From an uncultured Mailhella sp. (GTDB lineage: Bacteria; Desulfobacterota; Desulfovibrionia; Desulfovibrionales; Desulfovibrionaceae), in NCBI GenBank assembly GCA_944323575.1, contig CALUTB010000002.1:689-64688 (forward strand): a DNA stretch of 64,000 nt, in the 5' to 3' direction. This document shows, piece after piece, positions 44,410 through 54,063 of the stretch (positions are counted from its first letter, which is position 1; the number at the start of each line of letters is the position of its first letter). The position numbers were made by a program, and so were the translations under genes. Below the pieces are notes generated by a model. It did not search any database, had not been told where the DNA came from, and saw only the letters and a list, made by a program, of their open reading frames with translations.

Positions 44410-45785
44410 GCAGTCTCCTTTTTGCAACACCGAAAGATCTGACGAGCTGGCTTGCAAAGCTGGCCTCGGACCATCGCGTGCTGGCTCCCCGTCAGGAAGG
44501 CCCCAGCGTGGTCTATCGTCCCCGGACGGCCGAACAGCTCGCCTCCGATGACATCGATGCGCTCCTGCGTCGTGCGACGGCTTCTCCCAAGCAGGCCATG
44601 CTTCCGCAGTGCGAAACGCTGATGACCTTCAAGTCCGTCAAGGACGCCGAAGATCCTTCAAAGCTGACCACGACGCTGGAGAACCCCTGCGTGGCCGAAC
44701 CGACGGTGCTTTTCGGCTGCCGTCCCTGCGACGCCCGCGGCTTCGTGGTGCTCGACCGTCCCTATCTGGAAGGCAAGTTCAAGGATCCCTACTACGGTGC
44801 CCGCCGCGAGGCCACGGTCATCGTCACGCAGGCCTGCCCCTCGGCATTCTCGTCCTGCTTCTGCAACTGGGTGGGCAGTCATCCTTCCGACAAGGAAGGT
44901 TCGGACATTCTCTTTACCGCCGTGGAAGGCGGCTTTGTGCTGGAAGTCGTCACGGAAAAGGGACAGGCTCTTCTGGAAGGCGCGGACTTTGCCGACGCCT
45001 CCGACAGAGCCGCGGATGTCGAAGCCGTCCACGAGGCCGCTGCGGCCACACTGCCTTCGCCCTCCACGTTGACCGACGTGCCCGCCAAAGTGGCCGCGCG
45101 CTTCACCGACATTGCCTTCTGGGAGAAGGAAACGGTCAAGTGCCTCTCCTGCGGTGCCTGCACGTATCTGTGCCCCACATGCCAGTGCTTCACCATTACC
45201 GATGAAGGCTCGCAGCTCGACGGTCGCCGTCTGCGCAGTTGGGATTCCTGCATGACCCCGCTGTTCACGCTGGAAACCAGCGGTCATAATCCCCGGCCCA
45301 CCAAGGCCGAGCGCATGCGCAACCGCATCAGCCACAAGTTCAGCTTCTATCCCGAACGCTACGACGGCTTCTTCTCCTGCGTGGGGTGCGGCCGTTGTGT
45401 GGTGAGCTGCCCCGTGTCTTTGGACATCCGTCATATGGTGAAGGCTGCCGTGGAAGGCGTGGTCCTTGACGCCGGCAAGTCCGGCGAACCTGCGGAAGTT
45501 CCCGCGTCTGAAAAGGCGGAGGAAAAGGCTCCCGTTGAGGAAGTGAAGGCTCCTGCAGAGGTAGCCGTCCCCGAGGCTCCGACTGCCGTTCCGACTGAAC
45601 CTGTCGAAGCCGTTCCGGCCGAATCTGTGGAAGCTGCCGCTGCCGAAGTCGTTCCGGTTGAACCTGTCGAAGCCGCTGCTTCTGCGGCCGCTCCCGCGCA
45701 GGCCACCCCGGCGTCCAGAACGCAGAAATCCGCCGGCAGAACGACTTCACGGTCTTCTTCCAAAAGCAAGGCCAAAAAGAGGTAA
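44406..45785 (+). CDS. flxB: FlxB-like FeS protein (AsrA / sulfhydrogenase-beta-like) with a low-complexity C-terminal tail
   Basis: 459-aa ORF: CRPCDARG.., CLSCGACTYLCPTCQCF, CVGCGRCVVSCP. The last ~105 aa are Ala/Pro/Glu/Val-rich and end in SRSSSKSKAKKR. It overlaps the upstream gene by 4 nt. Confidence 0.7.
   Translation: MSSLLFATPKDLTSWLAKLASDHRVLAPRQEGPSVVYRPRTAEQLASDDIDALLRRATASPKQAMLPQCETLMTFKSVKDAEDPSKLTTTLENPCVAEPTVLFGCRPCDARGFVVLDRPYLEGKFKDPYYGARREATVIVTQACPSAFSSCFCNWVGSHPSDKEGSDILFTAVEGGFVLEVVTEKGQALLEGADFADASDRAADVEAVHEAAAATLPSPSTLTDVPAKVAARFTDIAFWEKETVKCLSCGACTYLCPTCQCFTITDEGSQLDGRRLRSWDSCMTPLFTLETSGHNPRPTKAERMRNRISHKFSFYPERYDGFFSCVGCGRCVVSCPVSLDIRHMVKAAVEGVVLDAGKSGEPAEVPASEKAEEKAPVEEVKAPAEVAVPEAPTAVPTEPVEAVPAESVEAAAAEVVPVEPVEAAASAAAPAQATPASRTQKSAGRTTSRSSSKSKAKKR
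45588..45675 (+). repeat. Imperfect 63-nt tandem duplication inside the FlxB tail
   Basis: GTTCCGACTGAACCTGTCGAAGCCG (45588-45612) recurs as GTTCCGGTTGAACCTGTCGAAGCCG (45651-45675), an offset of 63 nt or 21 codons. Confidence 0.7.
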
Positions 45786-45794
45786 GGAGAGACT

Positions 45795-46646
45795 ATGAGT
45801 GAACATGACTGCGGCTGCAGCAAGAATCCTTACCTGCCTGAAGTCGCCACGGTTCTGGAAGTCATCACGGAATCGCCCACCATCAAGTCGTTCCGTGTGC
45901 GCTTTGACAATGAGGATGCATGGAACAGTTTCACCTTCCAGCCCGGTCAGGTGGGACAGCTTTCCGTGTTCGGCGTGGGCGAGTCCACGTTCGTCATCAA
46001 CACGCCGCCTTCGTGCAGGGATTATATCCAGTTTTCCGTCATGCGCGCGGGCGAGGTGACCACCGCCATCCACAAGCTGCAGGCCGGCGACAAGGTGGGC
46101 GTGCGCGCTCCTCTGGGAAACCATTTCCCCTATGAGCAGTGGAAGGGCAAGAACATCGTCTTCGTTGGCGGCGGCATCGGCATGGCTCCCATCCGTACCA
46201 TCATGCTGCACGTCATGGAACACGCTTCCGAGTACGGCAAGCTCAGCCTGCTCTACGGCGCGCGTTCTCCCGAAGACATGGCCTACAAGGCCGATCTGCC
46301 CGGCTGGCTTGAAAGCGATGTTCTGCACACCACGCTCACCATCGACCGCGAGGCTCCGAACTGGCCTCACCGCGTGGGCATGATTCCCAACGTGCTCAAG
46401 GAACTCGCCCCCAGCCCCGACAACACCATTGCCGTGCTCTGCGGCCCGCCCATCATGATCAAGTTCACGCTGGCGGCGTTCCGCGAAATGGGCTTCAAGG
46501 ATGAGAACATCATCACCACCCTTGAACGCCGCATGAAGTGCGGTATCGGTATCTGCGGTCGCTGCAATCTCGGCGGCAAGTACGTGTGCCTGGACGGTCC
46601 TGTGTTCTCGCAGGCTCAGCTCAACGAACTGCCCCCGGAAATGTAG
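45795..46646 (+). CDS. flxA: FlxA-like FAD/NAD(P)-binding oxidoreductase with C-terminal 2Fe-2S (AsrB / sulfhydrogenase-gamma-like)
   Basis: 283-aa ORF: FQPGQVGQLSVFG.., GGGIGMAPI, C-terminal CGIGICGRCNLG. Confidence 0.75.
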   Translation: MSEHDCGCSKNPYLPEVATVLEVITESPTIKSFRVRFDNEDAWNSFTFQPGQVGQLSVFGVGESTFVINTPPSCRDYIQFSVMRAGEVTTAIHKLQAGDKVGVRAPLGNHFPYEQWKGKNIVFVGGGIGMAPIRTIMLHVMEHASEYGKLSLLYGARSPEDMAYKADLPGWLESDVLHTTLTIDREAPNWPHRVGMIPNVLKELAPSPDNTIAVLCGPPIMIKFTLAAFREMGFKDENIITTLERRMKCGIGICGRCNLGGKYVCLDGPVFSQAQLNELPPEM

Positions 46647-46669
46647 TTCCGCACATCGTGCATGAATGG

Positions 46670-46699
46670 AAAAGGCCCCTTCTTCGGAAGGGGCCTTTT
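46670..46699. terminator. Bidirectional intrinsic terminator between flxA and the NlpC/P60 gene
   Basis: AAAAGGCCCCTTC-ttcg-GAAGGGGCCTTTT is a perfect 13-bp stem with A/T runs on both sides, lying between convergent stops. Confidence 0.85.
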
Positions 46700-46723
46700 C
46701 GTGCGAATGAGCAGGAAGCGCCG

Positions 46724-47395
46724 TTATTTCATGCTCAGACCCGCCAGTTCATCGAGCAGGGCGTGAGTGTTCGCTATTTCAGGGCTGGAGTAGAGATCGA
46801 GATCGCAGGGAGGTTCCTTGAGAACCCTTCGCGCCGTGAGATAATGGCTTTTCCAGTAGGCGGCGTCGAGCTGTTCGATGCGCACGCGGGAACCTGTCGA
46901 CGGGCTGTGAATGAAGCGTCCGTCGCCGATGTAGATGGCGGAATGACGTCCGTTGGGAGTGTTGGCGATGCGGAAGATGAGAATGTCGCCGGGCAGCAGG
47001 TCGTTCTTGGCAACTTCGATGCCTGCGCGGGATTGCCGGACGGTGTCGCGCGGAACGCTGACGCCGTGTTCGGAAAAGACCCAGTAAACGAATCCCGAGC
47101 AGTCGAATCCGGAGGAGGGGGAAGCTCCGCCGCTCTTGTAGCGTACGCCGAGATGCTGCTTTGCGATGTCGGCCACGTCCTCGCCGAGGCTCATGAGAGT
47201 GGGACAGAGATTGGCGTGATAGAGCGTATTTGCCGTGCCGGGCATGTCGACGCCGGCTGCGGATGAGACGGCCGGAGGCGGCGTCTGGGGAACGAGGGGA
47301 ATGACATCGGCCTGTTTCGGCTGACATGCGGTCAGTGCAGGAAGCGTGAGCGCCGTGCAGAAGATCAGAGAAAGAACGCGGATGCGTGACGACAT
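46724..47395 (-). CDS. NlpC/P60 (C40) family lipoprotein peptidase
   Basis: Start trimmed to ATG at 47395. Lipoprotein signal MSSRIRVLSLIFCTALTLPALTAC. Catalytic region GFDCSGFVYWVF..GDILIF..HSAIYIGDGRFIHS. Confidence 0.85.
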   Translation of the reverse strand: MSSRIRVLSLIFCTALTLPALTACQPKQADVIPLVPQTPPPAVSSAAGVDMPGTANTLYHANLCPTLMSLGEDVADIAKQHLGVRYKSGGASPSSGFDCSGFVYWVFSEHGVSVPRDTVRQSRAGIEVAKNDLLPGDILIFRIANTPNGRHSAIYIGDGRFIHSPSTGSRVRIEQLDAAYWKSHYLTARRVLKEPPCDLDLYSSPEIANTHALLDELAGLSMK

Positions 47396-47667
47396 GATGA
47401 CTCCTTGTCCGCGTCGTGCAAAAAAAGTATCCGCAGGAAGCGACGCGCTGTAAAGAGTGTGTCCGATGTGAGCGGAAATCAAGGTTGCCCCTGAAAAGGA
47501 GGAGTGTCAAGACGGTCGGGCGTGGGAAGCTCGCGGAGGGCGCCGGCCGGGTTCAGCATAGGAAGTGTTCCGCACGGGGACAATGATTTTCCGTCGCCCG
47601 GAACGCGTCTTCCCGCCATGTTCCGGATGCGTCGGGCGGGGTCCTCGGAAAAAGGGCGGAGGACGTC

Positions 47668-48630
47668 CTACTTGAACCAGCCTCTTCGGAAAAAGAAGAT
47701 GAGCAGCGATACGGTGATGAAGAGCATGAGCCCGAGTACGGCAAAATAGCCGCACTTCCACTCCAGCTCGGGCATGAAGTGGAAGTTCATGCCGTAAGTA
47801 CCTGCAATGACGCTGAGAGGCATGCACAGCGATGTGAGCACGGTGAGCACTCGCAGGCGGTAGTCGGTCTTGCGCTGGGCATGAAGAAGGCAGTCGTTGT
47901 GAAAATCCTGCAGGCGGATTTCCAGCTGGTCCTGACTGCGTACCACATGGTTCTGGCTGTCCATGATGTCCCTGAGTTCCTCCTTCAGATGGCTGAAGGG
48001 GACGCTCTGCGTCTGAAGGCTTTGAAGCACGCTCATGCAGTAGTGCTGATCCTCGAACTGGGAGTAGAGGCGGCTTACGCAGCGGCGCAGGACGATGAGT
48101 TCATCCTGTCCGATATTGTCCGGCTCATCGTAGATTCTGTCGGCCAGCGCCTCCACGGCGGACCGGGCGGCCATGTACTGCCGGGTGCTGATGTCCGTGC
48201 AGAGGTCCATGATGAAGAAGAGCAGCGCCTGACTGGAGGGCTCGGCAAGCTCGCTGCCGTTTTCCAGGCGCTGAAGCGCACGGTCGAACAGCGGCGTGTC
48301 CGGCGCGCCTATGCTGATGAGAACTCCCTTCATGCACAGCAGCATCACATAGACGGCGCGCTGGCTGTCCCACTGCTTGCGCAGAGGAAAGCGCAGAAAG
48401 ACGCAGCCGCCGGAAAAGTCCACGTCGGGAAAGCTCACGGGAAGGGTGCAGGCGGCCACGGCCTCGGGATCGGCGTTCAGATGGCGCAGGTATTCTCCGA
48501 GTTTACGCAGTTCGTCTCCGGATTCTTCCATGCGGATGTCGTGCCAGACGAGAAGGGAGTCTTCTCCGGATGCGTCCTGTCTGGTCCAGCGCTTGTCTCG
48601 GGCCGAAAGATGGTAGTGGCGTATGTCCAT
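47668..48630 (-). CDS. corA: CorA-family magnesium/cobalt transporter
   Basis: Start trimmed to ATG at 48630, about 320 aa. The C-terminus reads AGTYGMNFHFMPELEW, followed by a TM helix and FFFRRGWFK. Confidence 0.85.
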   Translation of the reverse strand: MDIRHYHLSARDKRWTRQDASGEDSLLVWHDIRMEESGDELRKLGEYLRHLNADPEAVAACTLPVSFPDVDFSGGCVFLRFPLRKQWDSQRAVYVMLLCMKGVLISIGAPDTPLFDRALQRLENGSELAEPSSQALLFFIMDLCTDISTRQYMAARSAVEALADRIYDEPDNIGQDELIVLRRCVSRLYSQFEDQHYCMSVLQSLQTQSVPFSHLKEELRDIMDSQNHVVRSQDQLEIRLQDFHNDCLLHAQRKTDYRLRVLTVLTSLCMPLSVIAGTYGMNFHFMPELEWKCGYFAVLGLMLFITVSLLIFFFRRGWFK

Positions 48631-48842
48631 GCAGGAATGCTGGCATGGAAGCTGAGTACTGAAAAGCCGGCGGCCGTGAGAAAGCGTGTCGTGCGTCCGG
48701 GCAGGAAGGGATGCCTCTCTTTTAGTGCAGACGGCGGAGGATGCGGCAGCGGCTTTTTTTGGGGGGAGCGGGCGCAACGGATCGCATGACCTGCCACAGG
48801 GGCGGCAGCCCGACGAGGAAAGGCGTTCATGCCCGAGTCTCT

Positions 48843-49487
48843 TCAGTCGGCCTCCCGGAAGAGCGACAAGAGCCTTTCGACGTTGCCGGACTGAATGTCG
48901 CGGATATGATCCCGGATGATCTCTTCCGGCCAGTTCCACCATTGGATCTTCAGAAGTTCCGCGATCACCTCGTCCGGGAATCGTCGGCGTATGGGCCTGG
49001 CCGGAACGCCGCCGACAATGGTGTAGGGCGGGACGTTTCGGGTCACGACGGCGCGGGAACCGATGATCGCTCCGTCGCCGACGGTGACGCCCGACAGGGT
49101 GACGGCTTCATATCCGATCCAGACGTCATGGCCGATGACGATGTCGCCCTTGTTGTCCCATGCCGTTGTCACATCCTGCATATTCAGCCCCCATTCTTCA
49201 AAAAACAGGGGGAAGGGATAGGTGGACAGGGACGAGAGCGTATGATTGGCGCTTGTGAAGAGAAATTTTGCCCCGCAGGCGATGGAGCAGAATCTGCCGA
49301 TCACCAGTCTGTCGCGGTTGATCGGATAGTGGTAGAGCACGTTGTTTTTTTCAAAATCCCGGGGATCGTGAACGAAGTCGTTATACATCGTGAAATCGCC
49401 GACGCTGATGCCGGGATCGGTAACGACGGATTTCAGGTACACGGTATGCTGATCGCCCGTGCGGGGATAAATGGCTTCCGGATGCAT
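48843..49487 (-). CDS. Vat-family streptogramin A / xenobiotic O-acetyltransferase (hexapeptide repeat)
   Basis: Start trimmed to ATG at 49487 (AGGAG RBS), about 214 aa: [90 protein letters not shown]. Confidence 0.8.
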   Translation of the reverse strand: MHPEAIYPRTGDQHTVYLKSVVTDPGISVGDFTMYNDFVHDPRDFEKNNVLYHYPINRDRLVIGRFCSIACGAKFLFTSANHTLSSLSTYPFPLFFEEWGLNMQDVTTAWDNKGDIVIGHDVWIGYEAVTLSGVTVGDGAIIGSRAVVTRNVPPYTIVGGVPARPIRRRFPDEVIAELLKIQWWNWPEEIIRDHIRDIQSGNVERLLSLFREAD

Positions 49488-49731
49488 GGGGTCTCCTTTC
49501 GGCGGAAAAATGGCGGTCTTTTCCTGCCGCGGCGTTTTTTCGGAGTCGGAAAGACGGGTTTCTTGAAAGGCCGTATGCATGTGGTGGCGCGATGTCGGGA
49601 CCTCTCAGCGTTTCGACATCAGGACGCTCTTCTTTCATACGGTACGGCCGAAGTTTTCTCCATCAACAGAATGATGCCGCATCAAAGTGTATATGAAAAA
49701 AGAGGGGCTGCATGAGCGCAGCCCCTGAAGG

Positions 49732-49995
49732 TTATTTCTGATGGATGATTTTTCGGATGGCGTGTACGGACAGGAAGTACTTTTCCGCCAGAGCCTCAAC
49801 GGAGGCGCCGTTTCGGTAGGCTGCGCCGATGTTGCGGTTGCGCAGCTCCAGTTCCTTCCGGTATCCGGAGACCTCTCCCCAGCGTTTCTGCCGCGCCTGA
49901 TCCACGGGCACATAAATATATCCTCCCTGGATATATTGCTGCAGCTCTCTGACAAGCGCTTCGGGAAGAAGGGCCCCGGCGTTCACATATTTCAT
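49732..49995 (-). CDS. Small HTH protein of the CD3324/Mor-like family
   Basis: Start trimmed to ATG at 49995 (AAGGAG RBS): MKYVNAGALLPEALVRELQQYIQGGYIYVPVDQ..RWGEVSGYRKELELRNRNI..LAEKYFLSVHAIRKII. Confidence 0.45.
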   Translation of the reverse strand: MKYVNAGALLPEALVRELQQYIQGGYIYVPVDQARQKRWGEVSGYRKELELRNRNIGAAYRNGASVEALAEKYFLSVHAIRKIIHQK

Positions 49996-50300
49996 GCGGA
50001 CTTTCTCCTTGCTTTTGCCGGATGGAAAAGCCTGCACGGGAGAATATTGCGACGATGATTACTCCATGCAGGCGTCGCAGAGGACCGTATCTGCATGGAG
50101 CCGTACTTCATTGCGCTTCATGGCGTTTCCTTCTTTTGCTGCCGCAACGTGACGGCGTTTTCTGCTTCACATCCGTCCGATGAACGTTCTTCAAAAAGCC
50201 GGTTTCGGGAGGATCCGTTCATCGGATTGGGCAAGGGCACGTCGTTGCCCGAATTGCCCGAACCGGTGCGGAACTTTCGTTCCTGACGGGGGGAGGAATC

Positions 50301-51722
50301 TCAAAGTCCGGCGCCTGCCAGCCATGCGTCGAAGTCGGCGCGGCCGCGATCGGCCATTTCAGCCTTGCGGGCCTTTTTCTTCGTGCGCTCGGCAAGTTCG
50401 GGCATGAGGCCGAAGTGGATGTTGGAAGGCGTAAACTGCTTCGAGGGCGTGCGAAGATGCGTCATGAGTGCACCGAGGGCCGTGGTCCGGGGCGGAAGGG
50501 AAAGCTCTCTGCCCTGAGTGCGGGCCGCAAGCAGAAGCCCCAGCCACAGGCCGCAGGCCGCCGATTCCACATAGCCTTCCACGCCGGTGATCTGACCGGC
50601 GAGGTGGATGTTCGGGCGGGCCTTCAGGGACAGATCGGGATTCAGACATTCCGGCGCGTTCACGTAGGTGTTGCGGTGCACGCTGCCGAAGCGCAGAAAT
50701 TCCGCGTGGGCGAGACCGGGCACGAGACGGAACACGCGATCCTGCGCGCCGTAGGTCATTTTGGTCTGGCAGCCTACGAGATTGAAGGAGGTGCGCTCCG
50801 CATTTTCGGCGCGCAGCTGAAGCAGAGCGTAGGGGCGGCGACCGGTACGCGGATCGGTGAAGCCCACGGGTTTGAGAGGGCCGAAGGTGAGCGTGCGGTC
50901 TCCGCGGTCGGCCAGCGCCTCGATGGGCATGCAGCCTTCGAAGTGTATTTCCTTTTCAAAGTCGTGCGCGGGAACGCGTTCGGCTTCGCGCAGGGCTTCG
51001 TAGAACGCCGTGTATTCGGCCTTCGTCATGGGACAGTTCAGATAGTCTCCGTTGCCCTCGGCCTCGGGATCGATCATGGTTTCCATGGGCCTGTCCAGAA
51101 AGGGCGCGTCGTCGGAGTAGGGCGGGGGAGCGTCGTTGCCGTAACGCGAGCCGCGGAAGGCGATGCTCATGTCCACGGAGTCGGCGCGGACGATGGGCGC
51201 TATGGCGTCGTAGAAATAGAGGCGGGGATTTTCGCCGTCACCGGAAATCGCATCGGCAAGCGAGGCGGCGAGGTTTTCCGAAATCAGGGGGCCGGCCGCC
51301 ACGACGACGGTCTTTCCTTTCAGTTCGGGGGCATCGAGGGAGGGAATCTGACGCCGGATGAGCGTGATGAGCGGCTCATCCTCCACCATGCGTGTCAGCG
51401 CTTCGGAAAAGAGCGTACGGTCCACGGCCAGAGCCTTGCCCGCGGGCACGGAACATTGTCCGGCTATGGCCATGGTCGCGCTGTGAAGCTTTCTCATTTC
51501 CTCCTTGAGCAGGCCTACGCCGGAACCCTGCGCATCGTTGGACCGGAAGGAGTTCGAACAGACTAGTTCTCCGAGAAGCGGACTTGTGTGCGCGGGAGAA
51601 AAGACTTCCGGCTTCTGCTCGTAGAGGGTGCAGGGCAGGCCTGCGCGCGCGAGGGCAAGGGCGCATTCACATCCGGCAAGTCCTGCGCCGATGATGACGA
51701 AAGCGGGCGTTGAGGTATCCAT
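50301..51722 (-). CDS. trmFO: Methylenetetrahydrofolate--tRNA-(uracil54-C5)-methyltransferase TrmFO
   Basis: Start trimmed to ATG at 51722: MDTSTPAFVIIGAGLAGCECALALARAG..ELVCSNSFRS..GQITGVEGYVESAA. Confidence 0.9.
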   Translation of the reverse strand: MDTSTPAFVIIGAGLAGCECALALARAGLPCTLYEQKPEVFSPAHTSPLLGELVCSNSFRSNDAQGSGVGLLKEEMRKLHSATMAIAGQCSVPAGKALAVDRTLFSEALTRMVEDEPLITLIRRQIPSLDAPELKGKTVVVAAGPLISENLAASLADAISGDGENPRLYFYDAIAPIVRADSVDMSIAFRGSRYGNDAPPPYSDDAPFLDRPMETMIDPEAEGNGDYLNCPMTKAEYTAFYEALREAERVPAHDFEKEIHFEGCMPIEALADRGDRTLTFGPLKPVGFTDPRTGRRPYALLQLRAENAERTSFNLVGCQTKMTYGAQDRVFRLVPGLAHAEFLRFGSVHRNTYVNAPECLNPDLSLKARPNIHLAGQITGVEGYVESAACGLWLGLLLAARTQGRELSLPPRTTALGALMTHLRTPSKQFTPSNIHFGLMPELAERTKKKARKAEMADRGRADFDAWLAGAGL

Positions 51723-51996
51723 GACGACTCCGTGTTCAGAAAAGAGGCGGCAGATCCGCCGTTGAAATGTTGCGCGGCACACCGTGCCGGTCAACCTTAC
51801 TGAAAGACGGAAGGGAAGTCACTCCCTTATGCCGGGGGCGGGAAAAACCCTTTTTCATCAGAAAAATAGCGGTATGCGCTTGACAGGGCATAGTGGCACT
51901 TTTTATGACCTTATATAAGGATTCACTGAACTGATGCAGGGGGCCGCGCGCCCTTTTTGCGTCCTTGAGAAATTCAAACCCTAGTTGGAGATTCGT

Positions 51997-54063
51997 ATGT
52001 CCATAGCATTGGAGAACCAACGCACCTACGCTCTTGTCGGCACCGGTGGCTGCGGTAAGACTTCGCTTGCAGAAATGCTGCTTTTTCAGGCTGGAATCAT
52101 CAATCGTCTCGGTGCCATAGAAGAAGGTACCACCGCTTTGGACTACGAACCCGAAGAGATCAAGCGTCGCGGCTCCATTCAGCCCGGCTTCGCCACCTTT
52201 GACTGGAAGGGATACCGGCACAACCTCATCGACATTCCCGGCGATTCCAACTTCTCCGGAGACATGGAATGGCTTCTTGCCGCCGTGGACAGCGCGGTCA
52301 TCGTCGTCGACGCCGTGGACGGCGTCCGGCCGCAGATGCGCCGCATGTGGAAGAGCGTGAAGGCCGCCGGTCTTCCGGCCATCGCAGTGGTCACGAAGAT
52401 GGATCGCGAACGCGCCGATTTCGACGCGGCCCTGAACAGCCTGACCACGCATCTGGGCGTGCGTCCCGTGGTGCTCTACATGCCGATTCTCGAAAACGGG
52501 GAATTCATCGGCCTTGTCGACGTGTTCGCGGGCAAGGCCTTCCGCTTCCTGGACAACGGCGAGACCGAGGAAATGCCCATCCCGGCGGAACTGGAAGACG
52601 AAGCCATGCTGCTGCGCGATACGTCCGTGGAAAACATCGCCTCTTCCGACGAAGATCTCATGAACCGCTATCTGGAAGACGGTTCCCTTTCCGACGAAGA
52701 CATCACCTTCGGTCTGCGCAAGGGCGTGCTGTCCGGTGAAGTCGTGGCCGTTCTGCCTTCCTCCGCCATGCAGAACCGCGGCGGACGTCGTCTGCTCAAT
52801 CAGGTGAACAGCCTGCTGGCTTCTCCGCTCGATCGTCCCGCCGTGCTCGGCACCGACGCTTTCGAACGTGCCGCCGATCCCGAAGCTCCGGCCGCCTGTT
52901 TCGTGTTCCGTTCTCTGAACGATGCCTTCTCCGGACAGGTGAACATGCTCCGCGTCATTTCCGGCACCATTTCCTCCGACTCCACGCTGAAGAACATGCG
53001 TACCGGCGAAATGGAACGTCTCGGCTCTCTCGTCTATGTGAACGGCAAGACGCAGACGCCCTGCAAGGACGCTCTCGGTCCCGGCGCCATCGTGGGCGTG
53101 ACCAAGCTCAAAGGCACCCGCACCGGCGACACCCTCTGCGATGAAAAGGCACCCTTTGAAGTGGAACTGCCCAAGCTGCCTCCGCAGCTCATCACCTTTG
53201 CGCTTGCTCCCAAGCAGAAGGGCGATGAAGACAAGGTCTTCGCCGCCGTGCAGAAGCTCCTTGACGAAGACGTGACCCTGAAGCTCGGCCGCGATGAGGA
53301 AACCTCCGACATCCTGCTTTCGGGCATGGGGCAGCTGCACATTGAAATTTCCGTGGAAAAGGCCCGTCGCCGCTCCAAGGTGGACATCGTGCTCAAGACG
53401 CCCAAGGTTCCCTATCGTGAAACCGTGCGCGGCAAGGTGCAGGTACAGGGTCGTCACAAGAAGCAGTCCGGCGGCCGCGGTCAGTTCGGCGACTGCTGGA
53501 TCGAAATGGAAGGCGCGCCCAGAGGCTCCGGTTACACTTTTGAGGACGCCATCGTCGGCGGCGTCATTCCCCGTCAGTACATTCCCGCCATCGACAAGGG
53601 CATTCAGGAAAGCGCGGCCCGCGGCTATCTGGCCGGCTGCCCGGTGGTGGACTTCAAGGTGCGCGTCTACGACGGCTCCTACCATACCGTGGACTCCTCT
53701 GAAATGGCCTTCAAGATGGCCGGTTCCATCGCCTTCAAGGCGGCCATGGCTCAGCTCAAGGTCGTGTTGCTTGAGCCCATCGTGCAGATGACCGTGACCA
53801 TCCCCGACGAATACATGGGCGATGTCATCGGCGATCTGTCTTCCCGTCGCGGCAAGGTGCTCGGATCCGACTCCCAGGGCGGCATCACCGAACTCAAGGC
53901 CAACGTGCCCATGAGCGAAGTGCTCCGCTATGCCCCGGACCTGCGCAGCATGACCGGCGGTCAGGGCGTGTTCACCATGGAGTTCGATCACTATGAAGAG
54001 GCACCGCAGCCCGTGGTCGACAAGGTCGTGGCGGAGCATCAGGCGGCCAAGGCCGGCGAATAG
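51997..54063 (+). CDS. Elongation factor G paralog (EF-G2-like)
   Basis: The track ORF starts at TTG 51985. The ATG at 51997 has GGAG 6 nt upstream. G1 motif ALVGTGGCGKTSL, DIPG, TKMD, and domains II-V (..HKKQSGGRGQFG..GSYHTVDSSEMAF..). About 688 aa. Confidence 0.8.
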   Translation: MSIALENQRTYALVGTGGCGKTSLAEMLLFQAGIINRLGAIEEGTTALDYEPEEIKRRGSIQPGFATFDWKGYRHNLIDIPGDSNFSGDMEWLLAAVDSAVIVVDAVDGVRPQMRRMWKSVKAAGLPAIAVVTKMDRERADFDAALNSLTTHLGVRPVVLYMPILENGEFIGLVDVFAGKAFRFLDNGETEEMPIPAELEDEAMLLRDTSVENIASSDEDLMNRYLEDGSLSDEDITFGLRKGVLSGEVVAVLPSSAMQNRGGRRLLNQVNSLLASPLDRPAVLGTDAFERAADPEAPAACFVFRSLNDAFSGQVNMLRVISGTISSDSTLKNMRTGEMERLGSLVYVNGKTQTPCKDALGPGAIVGVTKLKGTRTGDTLCDEKAPFEVELPKLPPQLITFALAPKQKGDEDKVFAAVQKLLDEDVTLKLGRDEETSDILLSGMGQLHIEISVEKARRRSKVDIVLKTPKVPYRETVRGKVQVQGRHKKQSGGRGQFGDCWIEMEGAPRGSGYTFEDAIVGGVIPRQYIPAIDKGIQESAARGYLAGCPVVDFKVRVYDGSYHTVDSSEMAFKMAGSIAFKAAMAQLKVVLLEPIVQMTVTIPDEYMGDVIGDLSSRRGKVLGSDSQGGITELKANVPMSEVLRYAPDLRSMTGGQGVFTMEFDHYEEAPQPVVDKVVAEHQAAKAGE

